From NCBI GenBank assembly GCA_977030845.1, contig OZ365109.1:60574001-60638000 (forward strand): 64,000 nt of DNA. The letters run 5' to 3'. Source of the stretch: Fimbriosthenelais zetlandica (lineage: Eukaryota). This document shows positions 1 through 12,200 of this stretch, piece by piece (the first letter of the stretch is position 1; each line of letters begins with the position of its first letter). The position numbers and the translations under genes were made by a program. Under the pieces are notes generated by a model. The model worked only from the letters and a program-made list of their open reading frames with translations, was not told the origin of the DNA and made no database searches.

Positions 1-415
1 GAAGTTTATCAGAGGACAGCATGGAAAATAACAGTTGGATTCGTCCAGAGGGAGTTTGTTATCCTCTGGAACCAATAACCTCAGCGTGAGAGATTACTTA
101 TTTATTTAATTGGAATTAACGTCACTTAAAAAAACATGACGGTACCTATACTTATGACAGTTGACTCTATGCTGTTTAATAGTGCTCCCACAATGAGGTA
201 TCACGTCGTAGGCGCATATAACCTCACCAAGACACATTATTCTGACTCCAGAACGGCCAGTCCTAACCATTGCTTCAATATCTCTACTAGTACCCCTACC
301 CCAGTGTCTCTTCCAACTACACTACCTACCTCCCCCACCCCCACCCCATTACACACATCCCCTCTTCTATAGACACAGCGGAGCGAATGTGGCGCGTGTA
401 AAAGCTAAGCCCCGT

Positions 416-461
416 CCTGTGCCTCGAACCCGCGTAGCTGGTCTAGGGTTCTAGGCACAGG
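416..461. repeat. 16-bp inverted repeat (hairpin) with a 14-nt loop
   Basis: CCTGTGCCTCGAACCC ... GGGTTCTAGGCACAGG, one mismatch. Confidence 0.8.
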
Positions 462-599
462 AGGGGTCTGAATACATGTACACACATTACAGGCTACCTA
501 CATGTATGTAACAGTACATGTATGTATTATATGCATATTATGTAAATTGGAAGCCATTTATCGCACCGATATTACATAATATAGCTGACCACCACACTG

Positions 600-1900
600 T
601 CAACCAAAACATGTAGCCAACTCTATAGCCAACTGCAAGGCATTACGTGTAGTCGCTAAACCAATTATTCTATTCTTAATTGGCGACAAATGCAAACGGT
701 AGCTGGAGGCTTGAAAAGCCTAGTTCACTAATGTCAAAATTTTGAAAAAGTAAAGCATATAATTCAATGTCATTGATTTCAGGGAAACCTATAATTACCT
801 TCACATGTTAAGGGCAAAAAGTCCAAGGACGACAAGGAATAGCTTTTCCATATCCCACAATCAATGTTTTACAGCTTCCTGTAATGTAGGGCCATGACAT
901 TCTGAAGGGTTTTTATTGAAAATCTATTATTCAAGGATGATGGGAGCAAGGAGAGCCATGTGACAGCTATATGAACAGTATTGCTTAATCTTCTCCCAAA
1001 TTGATTTACATCCCAAATGCAACTTAATATAGATTACTTAGAATGAACTTAGCAGTATAAGTAAGTTAGTTGATAAGATGATTAAATGTCCTTTTTAAAC
1101 AATAGAACTTATGTTTTATGCTATCCCTCGGAGGCTCCTATGAGTTGTCCATAGGAATAACCTTGGTTCCTTATATCATGAAGGTGGGGAATATTAGTTC
1201 CACATATTCCCTGCTCAGGGCATACTGGATTAGCCCTATAGTTAGGGTCTGTATAGAGACGGCCCTCTATACAATTGGAACGTTTTATAATTTCTAACGG
1301 TAAGTCAATGGATTGAAGCATGTAATTAGAATGGTCCCAGGTCAAAATAGTCAGTACCGTGTACTAAAGGCAATAAAATACTCCAGCCGGCTTCGGGCTC
1401 AATTTAAATGTTAACAATGTATTAGTACAGTTTATACTGAATATAGTTGAAAGTTTCTGTCTGAACATCACTGACATAAAATATATTTAACTAAAATAAA
1501 ATGTGTTTTCAAGCAAATAACTATAGTAACCGTCCATACACGATGCTTCCATACATGAATCATTCGGTGCTATAATCACCGATGAGAGAATTAAGAATAT
1601 ATAAATTTGGAGCACATGCATAGTACATGTACCGGTATATATCAAGGGACTAAGATCTATTTGGACTAATATCCAAAGGACTAATTTCCAAGCTCCGATT
1701 AGGCTACTATCCACTATTTCCCACTTGAGTTATGCTGGGAAACAAGACCTTTGTTTGCACAGATATACATGTATGCTATGTATAGCAGTATTTGGCTAAA
1801 TGGAAACAGGTATATTCAGTCAAGACTAGGCCTTCTATTGAGAAATATGTTTTTTAAAACGGTCTTGACATGAATTATCAGGCTATCCAAAACATGTTAA
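600..1900 (-). mobile_element. Decayed L1/Tx1-clade LINE, AP-endonuclease region (boundaries approximate)
   Basis: ORF fragments SVIIAPND (like NIYAPN) at 1487..1714 and WDHSNYMLQSIDLP...LYTDPNY (like SDH...GPGYWKFNNSLLxDxxY) at 1121..1345. Confidence 0.5.
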
Positions 1901-1949
1901 ATATATCCATAGAATTTCTAAATTAATTTAAAACATCTTGGGTAATAAA

Positions 1950-3700
1950 TTATTAAATATGGAGGGACTCGAGACCAAGGGCAAGGGGAAGATATGTTTC
2001 ACTGGCTTCATAAACAAACACAATTAGTAGATGAAGTGAAGTGTTTTTGGATCCTAACATATGGTTTATGATAACATTAATATTCATTATGGCAAAGACA
2101 CAATGACCCGAGCTCTATTGGCATATCCGGGTCTTCCTTACAAGTTATAATGAATCTTCATTAGCAGAATTGCATATATTGCCTTGGATTACATACTCTA
2201 CTACGTAAAACCATTTTGGATACAAAAAACTCAGCATCAGCATAAATACCACTGTCACATGACAGCTCGTGATTTTTCAGACTCCAGCGATGCACTGGAG
2301 TTTTTTTCAAAATCAATACTCTAAAGGAAAAATGGAGACTGCTACGCATATATATTTTTTTCTTAATATTGCCGACTCGAAATTCAACGAAAAATGCCTC
2401 AAGGTTAAGTACATGGAAACTGTAATACCGGGTTAATGCGGGTTGAACATGAAGCTTGACCCTGACATGGCGTGGGCAGGGACCATATCTGAATTTGGCC
2501 GGAGGAAGTTTAAGACTAGGAAGAGGAGGAAGACGAAGAACTGGAGGAATGGATGGTGGTTGGAGCTCAGGCATGGAGGCGGATCTTCGTTGTAGGTGGT
2601 GGTTAGCTGGGAAAAGACATGTCCACTTCTGCATATAAGGCACATCAGGTAATGGCAAGCGATAATCCCGAGGCATGGCAATTAATATTCCTTTAAATCT
2701 GATATATTCTCAATGGGTTAAGTGAACTGTTCTTAAAGCCATGACTTCTGGCCAAGTGTTGAAGCATATCATGGTTTCATCATGATCCAACAAATTGTCT
2801 TGCTGAAGTAATTTATTAATGCACGATCATATGATATGCCAAATGTGAACCTTTGAAATGCACAGGATTCGACGATCGAAAGAATGATCCTTATAAAGGG
2901 GCTCAAATCTGAATTTGAGAAAAGACACAAAGGTCTATTTTTCATTTCCGCTTATGTTACGATGATAATTCCTGTCTGCCATTATTGCAATCCATAAAAA
3001 CGTTCTGTAGAATAACTAGCTGCAGTAATGCAGGATTATAAGCAGATATCCCAATTGAGATTTAACACCTTCATTCCTATGAATGTATTTGTGAAGATGA
3101 ATATTTTAAAGTTCTTTCGTCATGAATCTATATCATAATTCCATCAGATGTAATGTCCGGCCAGATTTAATGTCATGTTATAGACTAATCTATGAACATT
3201 GAGCAGAAAAGGCAATGTTTAATTTTAGCTCTTCCAAGTTCAACTCCGTAGGCCTATACATTATATATTAAATATGTACATTCGGAATTTCCTTTTACTG
3301 CAGAACTGCATCTGGATCGGCCACGTTTTATACAAACCATCTCTATGTTAGATTATCCCGTGGTATGTCACTCCAGAGAGGGATTAAATTATGCCATGCT
3401 GGATGGATATTGTCTCAATAATGTTGTTCTTGCTACTGTAGCATCCTCTATGGGCACTATTACATTTCCGCAAGGTATGCTATCGCTCACGCAACTCAGA
3501 CATTACGCTATGTAATCCTAAGTTCTCTATACTTATATCATATAATATATCTCTCACATCAACCCAATATAGAAGTGATCTTTATCTAATCACCTTAATC
3601 AGGCAGAATCCAAGTGTTCTGTCCCATCTGTGGCTCAGATCTTGTTATATATAAGCACAATCGATAACGTTGTTAGGAATCAATGGAGCTGTCTTTCCCC
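1950..3700 (-). mobile_element. Decayed L1/Tx1-clade LINE, ORF2 C-terminal (zf-RVT-like) region (boundaries approximate)
   Basis: ORF 2161..2676 ends ...EFFVSKMVLRSRVCNPRQYMQFC, resembling the pre-zinc-finger segment of L1 ORF2; adjacent frames have stops. Confidence 0.4.
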
Positions 3701-4093
3701 CCAATAAACCTACCATTGTTTATACAAAGACAATGGTCTTGCATTTGGCTGCTTCCAATGGTGGCAAGAACTCTTGGAAATAGAGCTTTTCTACCCATGT
3801 GCTCCTGCTTATGGACCGTGGAAATATAGGTGGATATTATTGATTTGTATGTGGCTTTGTCAGTCAAGAGGTATATAGGTTTCATCTGCATGGAGAATTC
3901 ATACAGTGAATGACTTGTTATCCATGAATGTATTGAATGACTCGATAAAAGGACAGGATATTAATTATTATAAATATATATGTAATTGCCTTAGACAAGA
4001 CCAATGATGGACTACGTCCAAAGCTAGAATGATGATATATATTATTGGGTGGGTTGAAGAAACCCAGTTGGCTTGCAGAAACAAATTCCGCTC

Positions 4094-4265
4094 CAGGGGC
4101 GGATCCAGGATTTTTCCAAAGGGGGGGGGGGCGCCAGGTTAGGGTTAGGGTTATCCCTAACAACTAGGCTTAAAACCTATAGTTGTTAGGGTTAGGTTAA
4201 CCCTCCAAAAATAGGGGGCCGCGCCCCCTGCCCCCCTCCCCCCCCCCCCCCTAAATCCGCGCCTG
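4094..4265. mobile_element. ~170-bp MITE with CAGGGGCGGATCC... / ...AATCCGCGCCTG ends, poly-G and poly-C tracts, and internal TTAGGG repeats
   Basis: Imperfect terminal inverted repeats; G-run at the left and C-run at the right; GGTTAGGGTTAGGGTT inside; no clear TSD. Confidence 0.6.
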
Positions 4266-6899
4266 TGCTCGCTAAATACGATGTTGGCGAGTAAGAAAAT
4301 GCATGCTTCGCAGTAATCCATTACTCGCGAATTTCTTCTCGACAAAATTAGGTCAAATCGTATATATATATATACATTTTTGTTGTTAGTGATTATTGTT
4401 TGTTAGTCACCTCCAGTGGTGTGTCGGTGATCATTGCTAACAAAACCGGTCATTTACTGGAACCTCCCTGACAGGTGGCGGACATTGTTATGTAAGTCTG
4501 TGACTAAAGCAATTACAACCCTGACTTGGACGGCTTTGGATAGCCTTGAAAACCTAGGGTGTAGGCACAGCCACAAGAGATTGGGGGTCTCGGGCAGTAT
4601 AGTCAGGTCAGAAGATGGGGAATAGATCAGCGGAATGCACTCAGGCAGAGGTCGACAAAGCGATTCTCTGAAGGTAATGTTAACCTGATCTGGCCATGCA
4701 ATTTATTGTAACAATGATCTGGCATGCAGATCATTTTAGCAATAACTACAGTATATAGATCTATAGACACGTATAGCTTACATTAGCTTCTTGTGTATTA
4801 ATATCTTTGCCACTCGCCTCAGTACAGTTTTGATGACATTATCTGAGTAGTTCTAAGTACTCCAGAAGTTATATTAAATCAACCAGTAAGTTCAAAGTTA
4901 ACCAGTTCCCACTTAGCAACCAGAAGAAAAATGATAATGGTTAATGACAAGGTTGATTTATATTGAAAAGTGTAATTTTATGTTTTTCATCTTCTGGAAA
5001 TGTTTAAATCCCAGTGAATGAATCATTGTGGACTGCCTGAAACACTACTGATGAGACCAAGTCTTCATGCAAATTAAATAATTGTTGGAAAGTGATTTAG
5101 TAAAATTCTGTTAAGTATTGATTGCTCTTCATTGAAGTCAAACTGCCAATTTTATCAAGAAAAATTATATTACCTCCAGATTCTAATATTGTGATTTGCT
5201 TTTCCTTTTCGTGAAGCAAGTTTTGATTTAAGTTACGATGAAATCAACAATTTAATGTAGAATTTTAGTCAGTATTTTTAAAAGGTTATGAGGAAAACAC
5301 TCAAAGATAACTGATATGATCTTGAAACACACTCAGATTTACTATGAAAAGTGTAATATATTTTTGGTGTCAAGTATATATCTAACAGGGTGTCTAATAG
5401 AGTGTCCGCTAATGAAAGTATCTTCAGTATCTTCTTTCCAATCTTTGAATGTCCAGTATAAAACCGATACAAGTATAGGCCGAAATGTATTTCCCTTCAG
5501 CCTATCCAGTGACAGGTAATTAATTGTCACGATTATATGTAGCAAATGTGAGAACAAGTGTTATCTTATAAGTACAACTTGTGTCTTTAAAGATGTAGGC
5601 TTCAGAAATACACATATACCATTTTTGCTCATATTTCTCTTCATCTAGGCCTAATGTTTCAAACATTGTAGGTAAGAAGTCTACAGAAATACATGTAGCC
5701 TTTAGCTTCTCAAAAACTCAAAAGTTTTACCAGTGACATGCAACAGAGGTACTTTTTAATATGGAAAGAGACGATACTTCACATTGTCTCCCAACACTTC
5801 TGAATACATGCAGCTTGTCTGCCCTGCATTTACCGGTAACTCTACGCTGGTCAATAGTTCCCCACTGCATTAGTAGGAAATGAGAGCTGACCTGTGTACC
5901 GACTTATGTAGCTGGGGACGCTTAGGAAGTTGTCTGTTGTTGGAATCTCTCCCATTCTGTACAGTATCCCTGGAGGTCCGGGCAGACAACTGGCGTTTCT
6001 TCATCTCCAGTACATATAACTGGAGATTCTCCGTGCGCAGCATTTCCTGGGTTTCTTCCTTTGTTAACTTGTCAGGCTTCTGCTGATGTACAGTATTGGA
6101 TCTCACACAAGATGTTATCTCTTCTTAAAAACAGACGCATCTTTGATGTCTGGGTAAAACGACATCTTCATCAAGTGGCACTCATTTCTGGACTTGAAGC
6201 CACTGTTCTATCAACTTCCTCTGATCCGCCAACATAGTCATTAAAAGAAATTATTTCTGAATATTTCATTCCATTTATGATAGGCACATGCGATGTTTAC
6301 TCTCCGATTAATCTTTCAGTTGATGGCTCATGAATCCGACAGCTAGCGTGTAGGATTAAGAAGATTAAATATATGAATGAAGGCGTCAAGTAAATTCCTC
6401 AGACGAACAATAAATCCTCAATAAAATGAGATTTGTACTTGACAACAATCAATTATCATTGAAATAGGATTAATTGTTCATCATACGCATTGCATGACTT
6501 GATTCAGTTTTGTGTGGTCTAGTCATCATGGATGATTTCGCGGATGGTGTCTGATCAATTAATGAAAACAAAATTGAAAGAAATTCAAGAATAGGTCTTC
6601 AAAATCCGAGCGTAATTCACTGTAATTTCCATTAGCCTATCATAATTCCTCAATTCAAAAAAATCCTTCTAGGGCGTTCATTTAGGATCCAAAGTAAATC
6701 CAACTCTGCAACGTGACTGATGGCCATATGCAACATATTCATATCAAAAAGGTTGTCACATGTGTCACGTGTTAGTCATTTACTTCATGCATGGTGTTAT
6801 CTCAAGTTACATGAGGCACACAGTTACTTTCCCACTTCTATAAAGAATACGAATATATAAAACTATTATTCTACCTCCGGCCACGCTTCGAGCATAAAT

Positions 6900-8000
6900 A
6901 GTGCTATAACTTATCGTGATGGCCATATATGCAGCCACTAACTATCTGTTACCAAGACAGATAGCATATATGGCCCGGGAGATCCAGTTTATTTAGAGCT
7001 CTGCGTGCCATATATGGTAGAAGACACAATGAAGAAAGCATGAATATTTTATCATTCCCTTGCATGATTCCTGGAGGGAACAACCATCTTCTGAATGCCA
7101 TGCAAAAAGCATTATCCAAGATAATTAATTGGAATACAGATCTTGACTTAATGTCTCTTCTAATGAAGTAGGTAAAATCTGTTTGTTACATACACGTCCG
7201 GACAAGACAAATAATATGACCACCAAACGAGGCACTAAGTATGAGGCTCGGAGCATGAGGTATTCCAATAGAATGATCCATTTGAACCTTTCCACAATAG
7301 AGTTGTCCCTTTCCTTCACTGTGTAATAGAAGAATCGAATGCCAGATGAACAATGGACTCTTTCTGCCAGCTTGGGTCATTACAAGTCAGTATGGAAAGT
7401 GGATCCAAGTCTGGTGTATTTAGATCCAGATTAATCCGAAGCTCATGGATGATTAGGATGCAGGCTTATTAAATGTAGCAACCAGAGCATTAATCCTAAA
7501 GAGGATAATCCTATACAGAGTTTGCCATTATAATATTCCGAGTGTCTGGAATAATGGCTTCCAACTTTGGAGTTTGTATACATGTTCATGAATAACTTCA
7601 GTATATCCAGCCAGCTGTGGAAACTGATATGGTAAACTGCAGCAGTGAAAAACCGCCAGCTTCCCGCAATAAGCCAGAAGGAATTAAAAATCCAGTTATA
7701 AATACTGGGGCGATTAACAGGACAAATAGAACCACAGGGTAATCAATCCTCCAACATAAAAGTCGATTGATCAAAATCCCTATGGGGAACACGACGAAAA
7801 GAAAAATGCTTTTGTTATATGAAGCAGAATGTCTACACAGTGTATCTCTCACTCTCTTTCCTGGTGCCATAATGGTTTTGTTTGCCACGGATGGTTGGCC
7901 AACTGGTAGAATACAGGGTTAAACAAGTTACATTAATATTTGATAGAGCTGCAGCTGGGAGCCAGCAGGTCTCTATGTTAAGCAATATCAAGATGGTTTA
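6900..8000 (-). mobile_element. Decayed L1/Tx1-clade reverse transcriptase fragment
   Basis: GKRVRD...IFLFVVFPIGILINRL (like RGVRQGCPLSPxLFxL) at 7598..7888; LMLRASYLVPRLVVILFVL (like VIKSLxxSKLxYxLxVL) at 7125..7319. Confidence 0.45.
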
Positions 8001-9299
8001 AGTGCTTGGACAAAAGTACACTAATTAGTTAACATTGTAATCTACAAGTTGCCGAGTTCACAGGGGGGAAATTTTCTTAATTGCTGGCTCAACTCTGGGC
8101 GGGTAATAAATATTTGTACAGCACTCAGCTTTGTAATATCGACCCAATAGTGAATAGAAAATACAATACGGGGTGGAGGGGCTCATTCCATCTTGGATGG
8201 TGTAGATGAACAAAATATAGGGGCATCCTTGTGAAAACTTGGGAGAAGTTCAAGGAGACGTGCATCAAAAATACTGCATAAATATTATAATCCATTTGTA
8301 TTGGCATGGTTGAGAGTTATTTAATTTAATTGAAGATCCCACGGTTTTGAAACATATCTTAGTCAAAATTGCTGCGGCAAATTTATGTTATTTCCTGCTT
8401 ACTTTTGTACAGGTTTACTTGTACAGGTTCCTCCAGGCTGCACATGTATATTATACAAGTGTACCATACAAGTGTACCAAAATTCTGTAGCAGGCATTTA
8501 TACAGTATATGGCAGAATATACAGTACCTGCTATTTCACAATCTCTACATCTAATCCCTCACTTTGAACTGATGGATCTGAAACCACACGATTGAAAACA
8601 ATGACCTATTGGATAACGTCGATAATGACCTATTGGATAAGGTGCTTACGTTTTAAGCTTCAATCACCCACCGGCTCTCTTAACATGCACAGAGGATGCA
8701 ACACATTCACACATACTATACACACTGCGAGGTCAGGGTTGTATGCTACAGATCTGAATTATTGATATATTAGTCAGTCAATCGTTCGTGAAGGAGTTGA
8801 CTAGGAGTTCAACCACGCAAGGATCACCTTAATATCGAGTAATGAATCCATGATGAAAATGACTGTATATATGAACTTAGCATGAAACAAATAGGTCTAT
8901 AATGCCTGGGAATCACTAAGGCGATAAACATTGATATACAAATATAGTGATATACCAAAATATCATGGCAAAAGTTCGCCTGAGAGATGAGATAACCAAC
9001 AAGCACTTAACATGGAACCGATGAAATTTCATGAGATAACTACATTTATCTCCCTTGTAATTGCATGGTAAACCTTGTCATATAAGTAAACTGCAACTAA
9101 GGGAAAATGTAATCATAGAGAAAAAATAATTGTATAGAAAATAGAGAATAATACAAGGTATCATGAAAGACAAAGCAAATTAATGAGGTATAGAACCGGA
9201 TTCAATTTGATTTTCTTTCAATGCTGGAATTAAATGTCAAATAGACTTTAGTCTCTTTTGACAGTATTTGTAATTCTAACTTTACTTGAACTTGGAGAA

Positions 9300-12200
9300 A
9301 GCATTTATTCTGACAGCAATGGTAAGAGCCTCTTTTACAACTAACCAGCTGCATGGTCCCTACATAGGCCTACAAAGTGGAGAGTAATTTTCTTTTATTG
9401 GAGACGGGAAATCCCCTTGGTTTTTCACAATCTTATTACGTTGCAATTTAGAGTTCTGGTGCGCCAGGAGAATAGGAAAATGTTCATATTTATACCATAC
9501 ACGACTGATGGGATGAACATACCTTCAGTTTTTGGTATAAATGAGCTTACTGCACCATTATCTCGAGAGGATATTCTTTTCAACACTTTTTATGTATGTG
9601 AAGGTGATGAGAAGGCCTGTCCATACGCTACTTTAATGATTCCCAAAAGCAATATTTAATTTCAATAGCAGTTAGATCATAAGTGCACTTAGATACTTTA
9701 TTAGTCTCCCCTTCCCCCTTTTCTCTTCAGGAAAGGCAAGAGCTGCCATGGAAACGTAGATCTTGAGAAATGCGTCAATCAATGTCCCCACTAGTGCTAA
9801 GTGCCCTCTCTGGAGAAAAGGTTTCCTTGGAGACAATTCCCTATCCAATTCAGCTGCCAAGTTAGCAATGGATTCGATGCATTCCATACATAGGGCTCCA
9901 CGTACAAATGTATATAATACGAATATATAAGAATTGTTTGGATTGTCCTTGGCAAGTGACACAGAATTAAAATGTCAAATTGGTCCTGCGAGGAATAAAT
10001 CTGAATTGAGACTATAACCAATTGTGCCAGTTGATATATGCTATAGATAGACGAGTTACTGCTAACCTAATTGCCAAGGTCCACCATAGTTCATACAAGT
10101 ATATAATAATAATACTCTCCAGTATAGTTATCAATCACAATTTAAACTATTTATAATATACATAATTGCCTTTAATACACTCTGAATATTATATGAGGTT
10201 TGGTGAAAACCTGCTACCAATTACACGCATATATATATAGTATACATGTAAACATAGAACTTTTTTCCAACAGAGCTAAAAAAAAATAATAGAAGATTAA
10301 GCAGCTATGAGAGAAGAAGGCAGCAAAAAGATAAATGGTACTGGTCTCACTGTCATTCGTAAATACCTTGGTGTATTTGTCGACATACTAAGCTGTCAAA
10401 TGCTGTATTTGATATAGCAGGCATTTTTTATGACGCAAGCGGTCTGACGGTCAGGAAAACCATGAAAGATTACAGGTAACATGACTATAGGCTACTCCCG
10501 TACATATGAGGGCAGTACATGGCAGACAAGGTAGAAAAACAGCATGGAAGCTTATTCCACCTTGAGCAAAGAAGAAAAATATCCTCATAAAGTATTAAAA
10601 ACACGAATGACGCCTCTAAGTACAATAGACGCTCAAATCACACAGAGACTAAGAATAGTTAAACCTAATAATTACAGATTCCTCCGCAGGATAAAGCCCT
10701 ATATTAGGATAAAGACCTTAAAACCATAAACTCTTTTGTCACTCATACACTTCAGTAGACGACGTACATGCTAATATCCATGGTTCAACAAAGTCCTATG
10801 TCTAACATTCAGGATAGGATGAAAAATAGACAATTATATATGTAATTGTATGTCAATGGATTCTAGGCTGAGATAGTAAGCATAATCCTGACAATACAGT
10901 GAGTCTAAGCCACGACCTATACACTGACCGTGTGGGGCTTCTGAAGTGAACAGGTTTAGCAAAATTGAAATGGAGTAGACTCAAGTGATTATACCGTCAA
11001 TAGAAAACTTGATCGAGCATATTCACGTCTATAGGTAAAGGTCATGATCAAGATTTTGAATTACCACCACCTGTGAACTAATAACACCAACGCCCATTAT
11101 TCTGGAAGGAAGGGAAGGAACTGCCTTATCTTCATGTATTATATGGGATCCCTTGTTTTAGAGGTTTCAATGGGTGAGTTTAGTGTTAACGTTTAATACT
11201 AAACACCAAGATTTATCACCAAATTTAAACTCATGAAATGTACACAGGACATACTGAATGAGCTATTTATTGGTTAATCTCACCTTCCTTTTTTCATTCA
11301 ATTCTTTTATTCTAACGGGCAATAAAGAGAAAAAATGTTCTACTATTGTTTGTTTATATGAATACATACTCAATGCTTATGATGTTGATCATCATAGAAG
11401 TTCCCTCCCAAGTCTAAAGTAGCCAGTCAGTCTTTTTAGGCATTTCTAATCCAGCTTCCTTTTTCTCTATCCATTTTTTCACTCCCTCCCTATACACACA
11501 CTTCCCCCTCTGTCTGGCTGTCTGCCTGTATTGATGGGATTTATATTACCTTGCTTTCAAGGGATGATTGGGTTATGACAATGGAAAAAGAGAGGATATA
11601 AACTTTCTGGAGTGTAAGGGGAATTACAATTTTTTTATTTCGATGAATTATTAGCTGGCAACGCCCACTTTACCTAAATCTGCTCGAGAAGAAAATCCTG
11701 ATTTTAGCGGAAATGAAATGGAGAAAGCAATTAAGATGAGCTGATAATTATTTTCAATGACATCAGAAAGACTTAGCTAGTCAAATTATGTTATTGAAGA
11801 TACTTCTGGAACTGGAGTTTATAAAACCTGACAGAATCCAACTCCCACCTGGTGTCAGTTTTTTAAAAAGAGTAAAAGATTACAGCTTTTCACGCTGTTC
11901 TTCCATTCGATAATGTATCTTCAGTACATTTAATATAGCAAGATTTTTCAAATCTGATGGTTTTTGTCACTTTGTAAAATGTCTACATCTCCTCCTGAAT
12001 CAAGATAGATAAGCCAAAGTAAAAAGCTTCGAGGAAAGCTGTAGGTAGTACAGTGTTCTACTCGAATTTGGGAGGTCCCCAGTTCAATTCCCCAAGCATT
12101 CTCCAAATTTGCCATTGCCCCTCTCCACCCAGGGCTTATCAAAGGCCACTGGTACATATATCACAAAGGACCACTCTTGTCTGTCAGTGTCATTGTGTAA

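Noticed and set aside
4434-4700. Possible CR1-type endonuclease remnant on the minus strand
   Set aside because: Only one weak motif (LLWLCLHPR...VIALV); too little to call.
5870-6106. 78-aa minus-strand ORF as a further LRRC49 exon
   Set aside because: No similarity to the expected next LRRC49 segment (FD...DGNP...QLDMKR); flanked by in-frame stops and weak splice sites; more likely a transposon remnant.
9700-9800. Strong plus-strand acceptor (ttttctcttcag|) suggesting an antisense exon
   Set aside because: All three frames stop quickly, no partner exons were found, and the minus strand here is LINE RT sequence.
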